64,000 nucleotides of DNA. Source: Thermoplasmata archaeon. Lineage in GTDB: Archaea > Thermoplasmatota > Thermoplasmata > RBG-16-68-12 > JAGMCJ01. The stretch covers positions 11,795-75,794 of the forward strand of contig JBHIFJ010000001.1 in the NCBI GenBank assembly GCA_046761045.1, given 5' to 3'. Both the position numbers and the translations under genes were made by a program. Positions 38,662 through 47,990 of the stretch are shown here, one piece after another. A model generated the notes under the pieces. It worked only from the letters and a program-made list of their open reading frames with translations. It did no database searches and was not told the origin of the DNA. Each line of letters opens with the position of its first letter. The stretch's first letter is position 1.

Positions 38662-40806
38662 TTACTCTGTCGTTGGCGGCTCCTCTTCCTCGAGAGGCTC
38701 CTCAGGCGGTGCTCCTCCTCGCCTCGCGGCTACCACTGCTGCGATGATAATCACGATGATGATTATCACAGCGATGGCGATGTATATCCACATCATGTCC
38801 AGTGGTGGAGCTTCTCCGCCAACATCGACCTCTATGTCGCCCACGTCGGTAGTCTGATCTTTCTGTATCGTGCCACTGACGTCTCCGACATCCCCGTTCT
38901 CATAGAAGACATCAAAGGTCAGCGTGCCTGGAGCGTGGTCGAACGTGAACTCTCCATTCGCGTTCGTGGTTGCCCAGACAGTTCCATCGCTGTCGCGTAT
39001 CTCGGCGTTTTCGAGTGGCTCTCCGTCCTTGTCCTTGATAACTCCGGACATTGACCCTGGAGTCAGGTCATCAACAACCTGAAGCGCAGTCGTGTTTGAG
39101 TAGTCGAGCAGGTCTGTTTGCAGATCGTGATTGTGGACTCCTCCGCTTCCGTCCGCATCTGTGAGTTCGAAGGCGAACAGGGCCTTGTCGTACTTCGCTT
39201 GTGCTGCGCTGACCTGTGCATCTGTGAATCCTAGATCAGTAGCGTCTGCCAGAGCTTGCTCAGCTGATGTCAGTGCACTCTCCGGGTATGGAACCAGTTC
39301 CTCAAAGTCTGCAGTCCAGTTGGTTACTATTTCGTCCGCCTCTTGGTCGGTGTAGGTTGTGCCTGGTGTCGTGTCGGTGTGGCAAGCGACCGTACATGAG
39401 TTGGGCATGTTGTACTGAATCCCGTGTGCTGGAGTTATCGCCCGGAACGTGTGACTCGAGATGTCATAGCTCAACGCCGATTTGGCAACCTTGGGTGTAT
39501 GGCAATCGACGCAACTCACTGCACCACTCATCCACGGACTTCCTGGAACCTCGGTCAGATTCACATCACCCAGAAGCATCTCCTTCTGGGAATGATCTGG
39601 TGTGTCCCCGGGTCCAGCGCCCTCCATGGTGTGGCAGTCTATGCAGAGCTGATCGGTTGGCAGTCTCAGCTGATGCTCGTTCGGATCTTCGTGGGTGTCG
39701 TGGCAGGCCACGCACTCGATGCCCCACTTCGCCGTTGTGAGATTCGGCTTGCTGCCCTCAGGAGCAAGTCTGTAGTCCGTCGACATGCAGTGCAAGCAGT
39801 CGTCCTGAGCGTATGGCTTGGATACGAGATTCACAAGGGAATCCTTGTGCAGTGACTGATTCCAGTCGTTGAACTGCTGATGGTGGCTCTTCGACGTGTT
39901 CCCATCACCCCAGACGCTTGGGTTGTGGTTGTAGTAGTCATCGATGCTGTCACCTGGCTTGAATCTGCCGTTATTCCATGGATATCCAGGGGCCTTTCCA
40001 GCCACTCCCAGATCGTCCTTCGCAGACCCTCGGATATGGCATTGACCGCAGACCTGTGAATCAGCAGACTTCCATATCTTGGTTGCATCTCCGTTATGGT
40101 CGCTTCCAGGTCCGTGACATGCTTCGCATCCCACGTTCAGTTCGCTCCAACTAGCTGTCCATTCCTGTGTCGTGGTATTGTACGTGATGTTGACCCCGGT
40201 GGAGTGGCAGCCCGCACACTTTCTATCCCAGGATGCGTCCTTGGCTATTGGCTTGGGATTTCCCGATGTGTCGTACCAGTCCGACAGATGGTAGGGTACC
40301 CACTCGCTTGTTGCTGTGTTCCACTGGATGGGCAGAATGTATCTGCTGTTCCCTATCTGAGCCAGGTATCTCTGCTTCCAGGCTGAGCCCAACGTCTTCC
40401 AGACCGTATAGTTGTTCGTTCCCATTGCCACGGTGTAGTTTCCGCTTGTCGAGTTGTACCACAGTTCTATGGTGACGTCCGGAATCCCAGCACCGGTGTC
40501 ATTGAAGACTGGATTCGGCCCAAGGAAATCGCCGATTACCGTCGCTGGGCTTGGGTCTTGAAGCATCTTGCTGTGCAAGGTGTTTGCCCAGTTGTCGTTC
40601 TTGTTGCCCCATGCAGCATTGTTGTGGCACGTAGCGCATGCGTCTGAACCGATATAGGTGGCGGTATCCATGTAGGAGTTGTCCTCCTCGGCGCGCGTTC
40701 CAGCGTCCCCGTCAGCCACCGATGTCGTACCAATGTAGACCAAAGCCAGGATGGCCGCCAAGGCTGCAAAAATGCCTATGGCGAGCACTATCTCTTTTCT
40801 TTTCAT
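38662..40806 (-). CDS. Membrane-anchored multiheme c-type cytochrome (7 CxxCH + 1 CxxxCH + 1 CxxCM)
   Basis: CATCH, CAGCH, CEACH, CGQCH, CLHCM, CVACH, CIDCH, CVDCH and CTVACH; N-terminal signal/TM; helical domain with ADGSGGVHN; carboxypeptidase-regulatory-like beta domain; C-terminal TM. Confidence 0.93.
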   Translation of the reverse strand: MKRKEIVLAIGIFAALAAILALVYIGTTSVADGDAGTRAEEDNSYMDTATYIGSDACATCHNNAAWGNKNDNWANTLHSKMLQDPSPATVIGDFLGPNPVFNDTGAGIPDVTIELWYNSTSGNYTVAMGTNNYTVWKTLGSAWKQRYLAQIGNSRYILPIQWNTATSEWVPYHLSDWYDTSGNPKPIAKDASWDRKCAGCHSTGVNITYNTTTQEWTASWSELNVGCEACHGPGSDHNGDATKIWKSADSQVCGQCHIRGSAKDDLGVAGKAPGYPWNNGRFKPGDSIDDYYNHNPSVWGDGNTSKSHHQQFNDWNQSLHKDSLVNLVSKPYAQDDCLHCMSTDYRLAPEGSKPNLTTAKWGIECVACHDTHEDPNEHQLRLPTDQLCIDCHTMEGAGPGDTPDHSQKEMLLGDVNLTEVPGSPWMSGAVSCVDCHTPKVAKSALSYDISSHTFRAITPAHGIQYNMPNSCTVACHTDTTPGTTYTDQEADEIVTNWTADFEELVPYPESALTSAEQALADATDLGFTDAQVSAAQAKYDKALFAFELTDADGSGGVHNHDLQTDLLDYSNTTALQVVDDLTPGSMSGVIKDKDGEPLENAEIRDSDGTVWATTNANGEFTFDHAPGTLTFDVFYENGDVGDVSGTIQKDQTTDVGDIEVDVGGEAPPLDMMWIYIAIAVIIIIVIIIAAVVAARRGGAPPEEPLEEEEPPTTE

Positions 40807-41095
40807 AGTCTCCTCTCTTTGTATGGTGTCTGTGCTATGGGTTTAGATGGTGAATGAAAACATCTCACTTAAAGGTATCGGCAAGACACGTGGGTGGTTG
40901 CTTTCAGATCTCCTCTCGTTTTCGGATTTTTGATGAGTTCTTGGAGGACATAGCGATGTTCTCACGAAATTTGGGGCAATAACGATGTTGTAGTTGAAGG
41001 TCCTCCGGGTCTGGACATGTGTCCCGGGATGATGGCCTCGTGGCGATGGAGGAGACGCTGGGACATCTGGGACCGATTCGTGAGGGAGAAGGGAC

Positions 41096-41773
41096 TCATC
41101 CGTTCTCGGGTGACTGTATCAGGCGCATTCCCCACTCCTTCTTGTCGCTCCCGGGCCATCTTCCGGCTCTCTCGTATCTTCCCCAGGTGCCAGCGAGTGT
41201 GCATGGCTTGCATCCGAGGCTTGCGTAGCCTTCGTCATACAACGGATTGTAAGGAATGGAGTTTGCCTTTATGTAATCCCAGACCTCCTCCTTTGTCCAA
41301 TCCGCAATCGGGTTGATCTTCGTGGGCATTCCTTCGTACTCCTCAACCCTCCTGAGGCCACTCCGGAACCGTGTCTCGTCTCTCCTCAGGCCCGTTATCC
41401 AAGCGTCGAGGTCCTTCAAGAACCTTCTTGTCGGCTCGACCTTCAGAATCTCACAGCACAGTTTGGGATTGCGTGAGTAGAGGTCCTCCCCGTATTCCTT
41501 CTCAAGTTCCTCCTTGATCGTTGACGGATGGATTTCCTTGAGGTTGAGATTCCACTCCTCTCTGAGTCTGTCCTTGAATCTCTCCGTTTCCTCAAAGCCG
41601 TATCCAGTTCTGATCATAAAGACCTTGATCCGTGGATCTATCTGGCGGGCCATGCTCAGAACGGTGATGCTGTCCTTGCCAAAGCTGCAGGCAAGGGCTA
41701 TTCTCTCGAACTCGTCGAGTGCCCACGCGAGTGTCTCCCTTGTAACCTCGAGCTTCTTCTGGAAACCCATCAC
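41096..41773 (-). CDS. cysH: APS/PAPS reductase family protein (Fe-S type); catalytic ECGxH motif altered to EWGMR
   Basis: SFGKDS, TGY.F.ET, CC..LK, WITGLRRDE, NPLYDEGYASLGCKPCT and ERAGRW motifs. Confidence 0.85.
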   Translation of the reverse strand: MMGFQKKLEVTRETLAWALDEFERIALACSFGKDSITVLSMARQIDPRIKVFMIRTGYGFEETERFKDRLREEWNLNLKEIHPSTIKEELEKEYGEDLYSRNPKLCCEILKVEPTRRFLKDLDAWITGLRRDETRFRSGLRRVEEYEGMPTKINPIADWTKEEVWDYIKANSIPYNPLYDEGYASLGCKPCTLAGTWGRYERAGRWPGSDKKEWGMRLIQSPENG

Positions 41774-41901
41774 AGCAATGAATACACGAATGTGCCCCTC
41801 TTTTCGCCTTACGAAGAAGTCTCAAGTCCTCGATACTGCACAGACCTTGACTGAATGAAGACGACTGGGGAGCGAAGCGGACGGTCCGTTGCAGTCCGAC
41901 G

Positions 41902-43242
41902 CTACGGCAGGGCAAGCTGGATTGCCACCATTAGAAGCAACAAGCCAGTTCCTATGACCAACGTGACAATCATGAACGGGAAGGCCTTGCGCATGAAGCC
42001 TCGGAAGGTTATCGGGTATCCAAACTTCTCGGATATGCCTACAGCAACCATGTTGGCGGACGCGCCAACGAGCGACCCGTTCCCACCGAAACAGGCACCA
42101 ATCGAGAGAGCCCACCACATTGGATTGATGAAGAACTTGTCGAGAACAAACAAGGGTTGCATGGCGAAGATGATTGGAATCATCGTCGCGGTGAAGGGGA
42201 TGTTGTCCAGGAACGTGGAGGCAATCGCTGAAATCCAGAGAATGAACACGAGAGCCACAAACAGGTCCCCTCCTGTGAAATCGGCGAGGGCGGTTCCAAC
42301 AATATCCATTACGCCGACATGAACCAGCCCTCCGACCATGATAAAGAGGGCCGCGAAGAAGAGCAGAGTGGACCAGTGAACATGCCTGAGTGCATCTTCG
42401 GGATGTATCCTTCCCCAAACCAGCAATGCCACCGCCCCGCCAAGGGCAATGACAGAAGGTTCCACACCAAGCGTGTGGTGTATCATGAAGAACAGGACAA
42501 CCAGCCCTGTAACCAGAAGGGATTTCTTGAGCAGCCTCATATTCTTGATCTCGTCCCATTCATTCCTGGCAAGGCTTTCCTCAAGGTTTTGAGGGGCCTG
42601 CTTGATCTCCTCTCTGTACATCCACTTGAGGAGAAGTATCGAGACGAGCATGGTGATTATCACGATGGGTGCTATGTTTATGATGAAACTGATGAAGGAG
42701 ATCTGAGGAACCGCACTGCCTATCATGATGTTTGGCGGGTCCCCCACAAGAGTGGCCGTCCCCCCTATGTTGGATGCCAAGATCTCGGCCATGATTAGCG
42801 GGATTGGGTTCACTTCTAAGCTCTTGGAGATTGATATCGTGACGGGTATGAGCAACAGGACCGTGCTCACGTTGTCAAGGAATGCCGAGGCGGCGGCGCT
42901 GACGACCGCGAACATCAGCATGAGCATCCAGTAGTCACCACCAGCTATCTTGGTCATCCTCACGGCGACGAAGTCGAAGAACCCCGTCTCAGCGATCACG
43001 CCAACAATCACCATCATCCCAAATAGTAGTCCGAGAGTGTTGAAGTCTATCGCGGCCAGGCCCATGGCTGGCGTATACATCTCCTCGCCAGGTTGGAAGT
43101 AGCCCGCAAGGATGTGGGCGATGATCATTGCTGCAGCCCCCAAGAGCGCGACCGTAGTCCTGTGCATCTTCTCCAAGATCATCAGAATGAACGTGCCTAT
43201 GAAGATGACAACGCTGATTGCCTGGATCCAAGCCTCGACCAT
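41902..43242 (-). CDS. ArsB/NhaD (SLC13/IT superfamily) anion transporter
   Basis: SAFLDNVSTV, ASNIGGTATLVGDPPNIMI, DNIPF and GGNGSLVGASAN motifs. Confidence 0.92.
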   Translation of the reverse strand: MVEAWIQAISVVIFIGTFILMILEKMHRTTVALLGAAAMIIAHILAGYFQPGEEMYTPAMGLAAIDFNTLGLLFGMMVIVGVIAETGFFDFVAVRMTKIAGGDYWMLMLMFAVVSAAASAFLDNVSTVLLLIPVTISISKSLEVNPIPLIMAEILASNIGGTATLVGDPPNIMIGSAVPQISFISFIINIAPIVIITMLVSILLLKWMYREEIKQAPQNLEESLARNEWDEIKNMRLLKKSLLVTGLVVLFFMIHHTLGVEPSVIALGGAVALLVWGRIHPEDALRHVHWSTLLFFAALFIMVGGLVHVGVMDIVGTALADFTGGDLFVALVFILWISAIASTFLDNIPFTATMIPIIFAMQPLFVLDKFFINPMWWALSIGACFGGNGSLVGASANMVAVGISEKFGYPITFRGFMRKAFPFMIVTLVIGTGLLLLMVAIQLALP

Positions 43243-43245
43243 CGT

Positions 43246-44058
43246 CTATCCCCTTTCTCCTCCCACCAGCAGCACAGGGATTGGGGCATAGAGGAGTATG
43301 TTCATTTCGCCTCTCGACAGAGGTAAAGCTCTCATCATCATCTTGAGTTGATCTCTAAGCCTGTACCCTCCTCGACTCATCACAACGAGGTCGAATTCCT
43401 CGAGGAACGTAGGTATCTCCTCCTTCATGCTCCATTCGAATTCCCTTATCTCGAAGTCGACCTTGTTCTGCTCCGCGAGTCGAGAGAACCTCTCATAGAC
43501 TGGTGTTCTTGCCTTCCTTCCCGCGTAGCTCATTCCGCATGTCGCGCCGAACTCCCTGCATAGCGTAATGCCTCGCTCAGCCGCTAGCCAGGACTTCGGA
43601 GAGTCCCCAACCACAATGAATATTCTCTTGGGACGGCGAAGGTTTGGCATCCTGTCGAGAATGAGCACATTCTTGATCCGTGTCCTGAATATCTTCTCTA
43701 GGTGCCAGCTGACATGCGACCGCTTTTGGTCCATTTCCATGGGGGTTTCGGTGGCGACTAGGTCTATTCCCTTACGCCTGACGTAGTTCTCCACAATTGC
43801 CTCAAAATTGCCCTTGTAGAATCCCCTCCTTGCCTTGATGCCCATTTCCTTTAGCGTGTCAATGCAATGGAAGAGGGCCCTCACTGCGCTCCGCTCTATC
43901 GAGTCGTCTATGAAGGAAGTGGCCGACATTATGTCATAGCTGTAGTCCACTATGCTCACCACATGAAATTCCGCATCAGGGAATAGAAGAGGAGTGTACC
44001 TGAGCAGAGAGTCGATGAGCTTGTAGTTCTCAGCAATGATCATTATTCGTTTGAACAT
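43246..44058 (-). CDS. Universal stress protein (tandem UspA domains)
   Basis: MFKRIMI start; DLVVMSRG...ILLYAPIPVLLV; alternative start at 44085. Confidence 0.8.
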   Translation of the reverse strand: MFKRIMIIAENYKLIDSLLRYTPLLFPDAEFHVVSIVDYSYDIMSATSFIDDSIERSAVRALFHCIDTLKEMGIKARRGFYKGNFEAIVENYVRRKGIDLVATETPMEMDQKRSHVSWHLEKIFRTRIKNVLILDRMPNLRRPKRIFIVVGDSPKSWLAAERGITLCREFGATCGMSYAGRKARTPVYERFSRLAEQNKVDFEIREFEWSMKEEIPTFLEEFDLVVMSRGGYRLRDQLKMMMRALPLSRGEMNILLYAPIPVLLVGGERG

Positions 44059-44154
44059 GATGGAGCGTCCTGACTCTATGCTCATCCAAGAAGAACTACA
44101 TAAATATCTCCTATCGTGAGTGTATGGCCTGATATGAGAAAAGACTGGTGGCTC

Positions 44155-44385
44155 TCAGCGTCTTGCCGACCTTCTCGCAAGCGCGACGGCGCCCGCCACG
44201 ACAAGAATCACCAGACCCAGTGCCAGGGATGTGAGCCCTGCCGGAAGATACGGCCTGATGGTCATGGTCGAGTTGTCAATAGGATCGGAGGCAACGGTCT
44301 TGACCTCCGTTATCACCTGCCCGAAAATACCGATTACGATAAGGACCGTTGCAGCAGCCAAAAGGATAGCCACCTCTGCCCTCAT
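44155..44385 (-). CDS. Small 2-TM membrane protein
   Basis: Two hydrophobic helices and a basic C-tail; GGGAGG RBS upstream. Confidence 0.65.
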   Translation of the reverse strand: MRAEVAILLAAATVLIVIGIFGQVITEVKTVASDPIDNSTMTIRPYLPAGLTSLALGLVILVVAGAVALARRSARR

Positions 44386-44666
44386 GGGCTCGTCCTCCCT
44401 GCCTCTGACGAATCCGTATTACGCCTTCTGTAGCCTATTGCATATTCTCGGTACATCCTCGACCCCTTTTGCGGGAGCGCTTGAAGTCACTCCCTCTCTT
44501 CAATGATACATAAGGCCCTTCGACAACTTAAACCTTTTCAAGCCCCTATCAAGGATGTCAAGGTTCTCCTAGACCCGATGGCGTTATTGAAGATATGGAT
44601 GGGGAACCGTTGGTTCCGCGAGTCAAAGTGTGATGCATCCATCGCATGCTGCAGTTGTGATGGGAC

Positions 44667-45101
44667 CTATGCCCGTATCATTGCCTTCTCACCGAAGATC
44701 TGCGGAATCACCATCCGCGCCTTTTCGAACTCTGGAATGAAGGCGAACACGAAGTGAATCCAGCCCACCCTCCTAGTGTCAAAGAGGATCTCGCCTCCGC
44801 CGTGGGGATATCTTGTCACCGTGACGGACTTCACGTCCTCGAGGGGGACGGCATAGTTCCACTGGTGGGCCTTGAGCATGTCCTCCGTGCTCTTTCCTTG
44901 ATAGAAGGCCCTCCACTGACTTACCGCCTGAGGGTCTCCGCTCGAGCCCGTGATATCATGAAACAGGCCTGACACCGGATCGGGCCTTTCTCCGATATAG
45001 AGGACAACCACCCTTCTATCGGTGAGAATCACATCATAGTCTTGGTTTCCCTTTCTCATCGTCAGCAGAACGCCTTTGATCTCCTCTTTCTGCGCCTCCA
45101 T
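44667..45101 (-). CDS. Hypothetical protein (possible bacterial PH-like fold)
   Basis: YDVILTDRRVV and VPLEDVKSVTV resemble bPH-type strands. Confidence 0.65.
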   Translation of the reverse strand: MEAQKEEIKGVLLTMRKGNQDYDVILTDRRVVVLYIGERPDPVSGLFHDITGSSGDPQAVSQWRAFYQGKSTEDMLKAHQWNYAVPLEDVKSVTVTRYPHGGGEILFDTRRVGWIHFVFAFIPEFEKARMVIPQIFGEKAMIRA

Positions 45102-45156
45102 GACCGATCCCGCCAAAGGAAACATGGTCCACATTGATATCGTTTTCTGAGATGTC

Positions 45157-45585
45157 TCAGACCTCGTTGCTGTCCCTCTTGCTCAAGTACACGATCGAGT
45201 CATATGGTTCGTAGCCCAGTTTTCCAAAGAACTCCTCGGAGGCCTCATTAGGTCTCTCGATTAGCGCCCCGATGATTCTGTTCCCTCGCGCTCTCAGCCG
45301 CCTCTCCGCCTCACGCAGCAGCGCGGTCCCGATTCCCTTCCTCCGGTGTCTCGGGTGAACGGCGAGGCGGTTAATCCAGCCTTTGCGCGTGTCATCGGTG
45401 CCTATGATGACGCCGACAAGGTCGGGACCTTCGAATGCCCCGAGGAACAACTCAGGTGTGAGACTCATTTGCCTCTGCATCTCGGGTCGGCTGTCTCTGC
45501 CTCTTGGTCTGTGAGAGAGGCCAGATTCGCGCCAGAGCTCGATGATGGCATCATAGTCCTCAATGGTCAACTCACGAATCTCCAT
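45157..45585 (-). CDS. GNAT family N-acetyltransferase (YpeA-like)
   Basis: RKGWINRLAVHPRHRRKGIG and N..S..FF.KLGY motifs. Confidence 0.92.
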   Translation of the reverse strand: MEIRELTIEDYDAIIELWRESGLSHRPRGRDSRPEMQRQMSLTPELFLGAFEGPDLVGVIIGTDDTRKGWINRLAVHPRHRRKGIGTALLREAERRLRARGNRIIGALIERPNEASEEFFGKLGYEPYDSIVYLSKRDSNEV

Positions 45586-45595
45586 CGGAACACCA

Positions 45596-46096
45596 TCAGT
45601 CAAGCCACTTGCTCATTGCCATGAAATCCACCTTCCACCAATGACGTTTTAGATTGCATTCTGGGACCCATCCCCGCCTGAAGTACAGCCTGACAGCATC
45701 CGTGAGACATGGAAGCGTGACGAGGTGCATCTTGTGACAGCCCTGGCCACGCACGTGTTCCTCGACCTCCTCAAGAAGCTCGCTCGCTATGCCACGATTC
45801 CTAAACTCCGGAGCAACGCCTATCCAGCCGAGATGTGCGAGACCGCTCTTCCCGACTATGCGACCTTGGGCCACGCCGACGATCTTGTCATCCACCTTCG
45901 CCACAAACACAAACCCATCAGGAAGGTCGATGTGTTTTCTGTATTCTTCAGCGGTGTGATGTCTAATGTCGAACTCCAAAGCTTCTCTTGGATAGTGGTC
46001 CCTCTCCCAGCGTTCCCAGGCATCCACCATGCACTCCCTTGTGACCTCTGCCGCTTCCTCGGCATCCTTCTCCCTAAGCTCACATATGCTTGTCAT
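45596..46096 (-). CDS. GNAT family N-acetyltransferase
   Basis: VAPEFRNRGIA and AVRLYFRRGW motifs. Confidence 0.9.
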   Translation of the reverse strand: MTSICELREKDAEEAAEVTRECMVDAWERWERDHYPREALEFDIRHHTAEEYRKHIDLPDGFVFVAKVDDKIVGVAQGRIVGKSGLAHLGWIGVAPEFRNRGIASELLEEVEEHVRGQGCHKMHLVTLPCLTDAVRLYFRRGWVPECNLKRHWWKVDFMAMSKWLD

Positions 46097-46175
46097 CGGG
46101 GGAATATCCACCTCCTACGAAAAAACCTTTTCCAGAATCCGTTGAAAATGCAATCCTCCGGGAAGGAACAGTAAA

Positions 46176-47069
46176 ATGACAGCGATGCCATTGGGGTCTG
46201 TGCCTTCGAGGGCCAATCCTCAGATTGCCATTCCAATCGCCATTATCTCGGTGTCCTTTGCCTCCATCTTCATCAAGTGGAGCGAGGCGCCACCACTCGT
46301 CATTGCATTCTACAGGCTTGCATTCGCAACGGCGATACTCCTGATTCCGACTCTTGCCTTTCAGAGTGGAGACCTCTTTCGACTCTCTCGAAAGGAACTG
46401 CTCGCTTTGACTTTGGTGGGCTTCGCGCTCGCGTTCCATTTCGGGTTCTGGATATCCTCACTCAAGCACACGACTGTTGCGAACTCTGTCATACTCGTGA
46501 GCACACATCCGATTCCGATTGCCTTGATCTCCCACTATAAGATGGGTGAGAGGGTGACCGCCCTTGCTGCGGTGGGAATCGTAATGGCCATATTCGGGCT
46601 GGCAATGATAGGGATTAGCGACGCTGTCCTAACCACGGAGAGCCTCATCGGTGACGTTCTGGCTCTTCTTGGGATGGCAGCCTTGGCGGCATACATCCTT
46701 AGCGGGAGAAGGATCAGGAAGAGGATGTCGATCTTGCCGTATGCCTTTGTCGTCTACCTTGCAACAACGATATTCCTACTGCTGGGTTGCGTTGTTTTCG
46801 GGAGCCCCCTTTATCCCTATCCAGAGGGAGAGTGGATTCTGTTCCTAGCGCTTGCCATCGTCCCCATGATTCTCGGTCACACCTTGTACAATTGGGCCCT
46901 CAGGCATGTCACGGCTCTGATGGTTTCCGTGAGCATTCTTCTGGAACCCATTCTTGCCTCGGTGTTGGCTGTCTTCCTTATTCCTGAGATCCCATCCATC
47001 TTCGTGGTCTTGGGCGGACCCCTCGTTTTGGCGGGCATCTTCCTTGTGGCGCTGAAGGGCGGCAGATAG
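46176..47069 (+). CDS. DMT/EamA family transporter
   Basis: About 10 TMs; AFHFGFWISSL.HTTVA, GHTLYNWAL and EPILAS. Confidence 0.92.
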   Translation: MTAMPLGSVPSRANPQIAIPIAIISVSFASIFIKWSEAPPLVIAFYRLAFATAILLIPTLAFQSGDLFRLSRKELLALTLVGFALAFHFGFWISSLKHTTVANSVILVSTHPIPIALISHYKMGERVTALAAVGIVMAIFGLAMIGISDAVLTTESLIGDVLALLGMAALAAYILSGRRIRKRMSILPYAFVVYLATTIFLLLGCVVFGSPLYPYPEGEWILFLALAIVPMILGHTLYNWALRHVTALMVSVSILLEPILASVLAVFLIPEIPSIFVVLGGPLVLAGIFLVALKGGR

Positions 47070-47132
47070 TCCTTTCACTTTCACGAATCCCCTAATGTGT
47101 AATTCAAGAGATTCCTCACGCATGCCCATGAT

Positions 47133-47675
47133 GTGGTCCGACTGAAGGAGATCCATTTGAGGAAGAGCATGGAGGCGTTCTTCGCCGAACATGGCTTTCA
47201 GACATTTCGAGAGGTGAGGATGATGAACAGGTGGGTTGACCTCGTTGCGGTTGGGAACGGAACCGTAGTGGCCATCGAGCTGAAGCTGGAGAACTGGCGG
47301 GAGGCGATAAGACAGGCGGTAGCATATCAGCTTGGGGCGGACTTCTCAGCTGTCGGGATGCCCCTCGGGAATGCGATTGATGCTTATCGAAACAGGTACT
47401 ACTTTCGAAAAGAAGGCGTGGGTCTTCTCGGAGTGAGGGTGAGGACTCCAGAAGTGCGTGTGCTGATCGAACCAGAACCTTCCATGCGCGTCATGCCCAT
47501 GATCCGAGATAGCCTCTTTGAGGTGGTTCATTCCGACGGCGAGACAGTCATCATCCCAAGGAGTTCGAAGCGTATAAAAGAGAGAGACAGAGGCCTCGCA
47601 TTTGTGGAGGCCCGTGATTACAGGACCGGAGATGACAAGGACGAAGGTCAGTCGGCCGAGTCAACAGAGGACTAG
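47133..47675 (+). CDS. PD-(D/E)xK nuclease-fold protein
   Basis: FREV...VDLVAV...VAIELK...AIRQA..YQ pattern. Confidence 0.7.
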   Translation: MVRLKEIHLRKSMEAFFAEHGFQTFREVRMMNRWVDLVAVGNGTVVAIELKLENWREAIRQAVAYQLGADFSAVGMPLGNAIDAYRNRYYFRKEGVGLLGVRVRTPEVRVLIEPEPSMRVMPMIRDSLFEVVHSDGETVIIPRSSKRIKERDRGLAFVEARDYRTGDDKDEGQSAESTED

Positions 47676-47896
47676 TAGCTCAGGTCGATTCTTCGGCATT
47701 TCCTGCAGATGAAACCCTCGAGATAGACCATCCCGCTCATCCCGGGATCCTTGATTTTCTCCCCGCCAAGGGCAAGAATGGTCTTCTCCTTGAACCATTT
47801 CATCCCACTGATGAAGCTCTCGCTTCCAAGGAATCCACGTTCCATCTGCCCGCCGCAATTAGGACACTTCCTAGTCTGAGGTTCCTGTTCGGCCAA
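47672..47896 (-). CDS. Small zinc-ribbon protein (PF20097/DUF6487-like)
   Basis: CPNCGGQMERG ... FICRKCRRIDLSY; TTG start about 30 nt below a TTATAAA TATA. Confidence 0.75.
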   Translation of the reverse strand: MAEQEPQTRKCPNCGGQMERGFLGSESFISGMKWFKEKTILALGGEKIKDPGMSGMVYLEGFICRKCRRIDLSY

Positions 47897-47990
47897 ACGA
47901 ATCCCTATTGCGAAGATGATTACCCATTTATAAGTCATTCGATTCGAGCATCCGAATGACCGTTGAATGGCCAGTCTCCTCGTCTCCTAC

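Noticed and set aside
38662..40806. NrfA nitrite reductase assignment
   Set aside because: There is no CxxCK motif, and the heme count and architecture differ from pentaheme NrfA.
40962..41099. 45-aa ORF in ATGA overlap with the cysH stop
   Set aside because: No recognisable motif and atypical composition; insufficient support.
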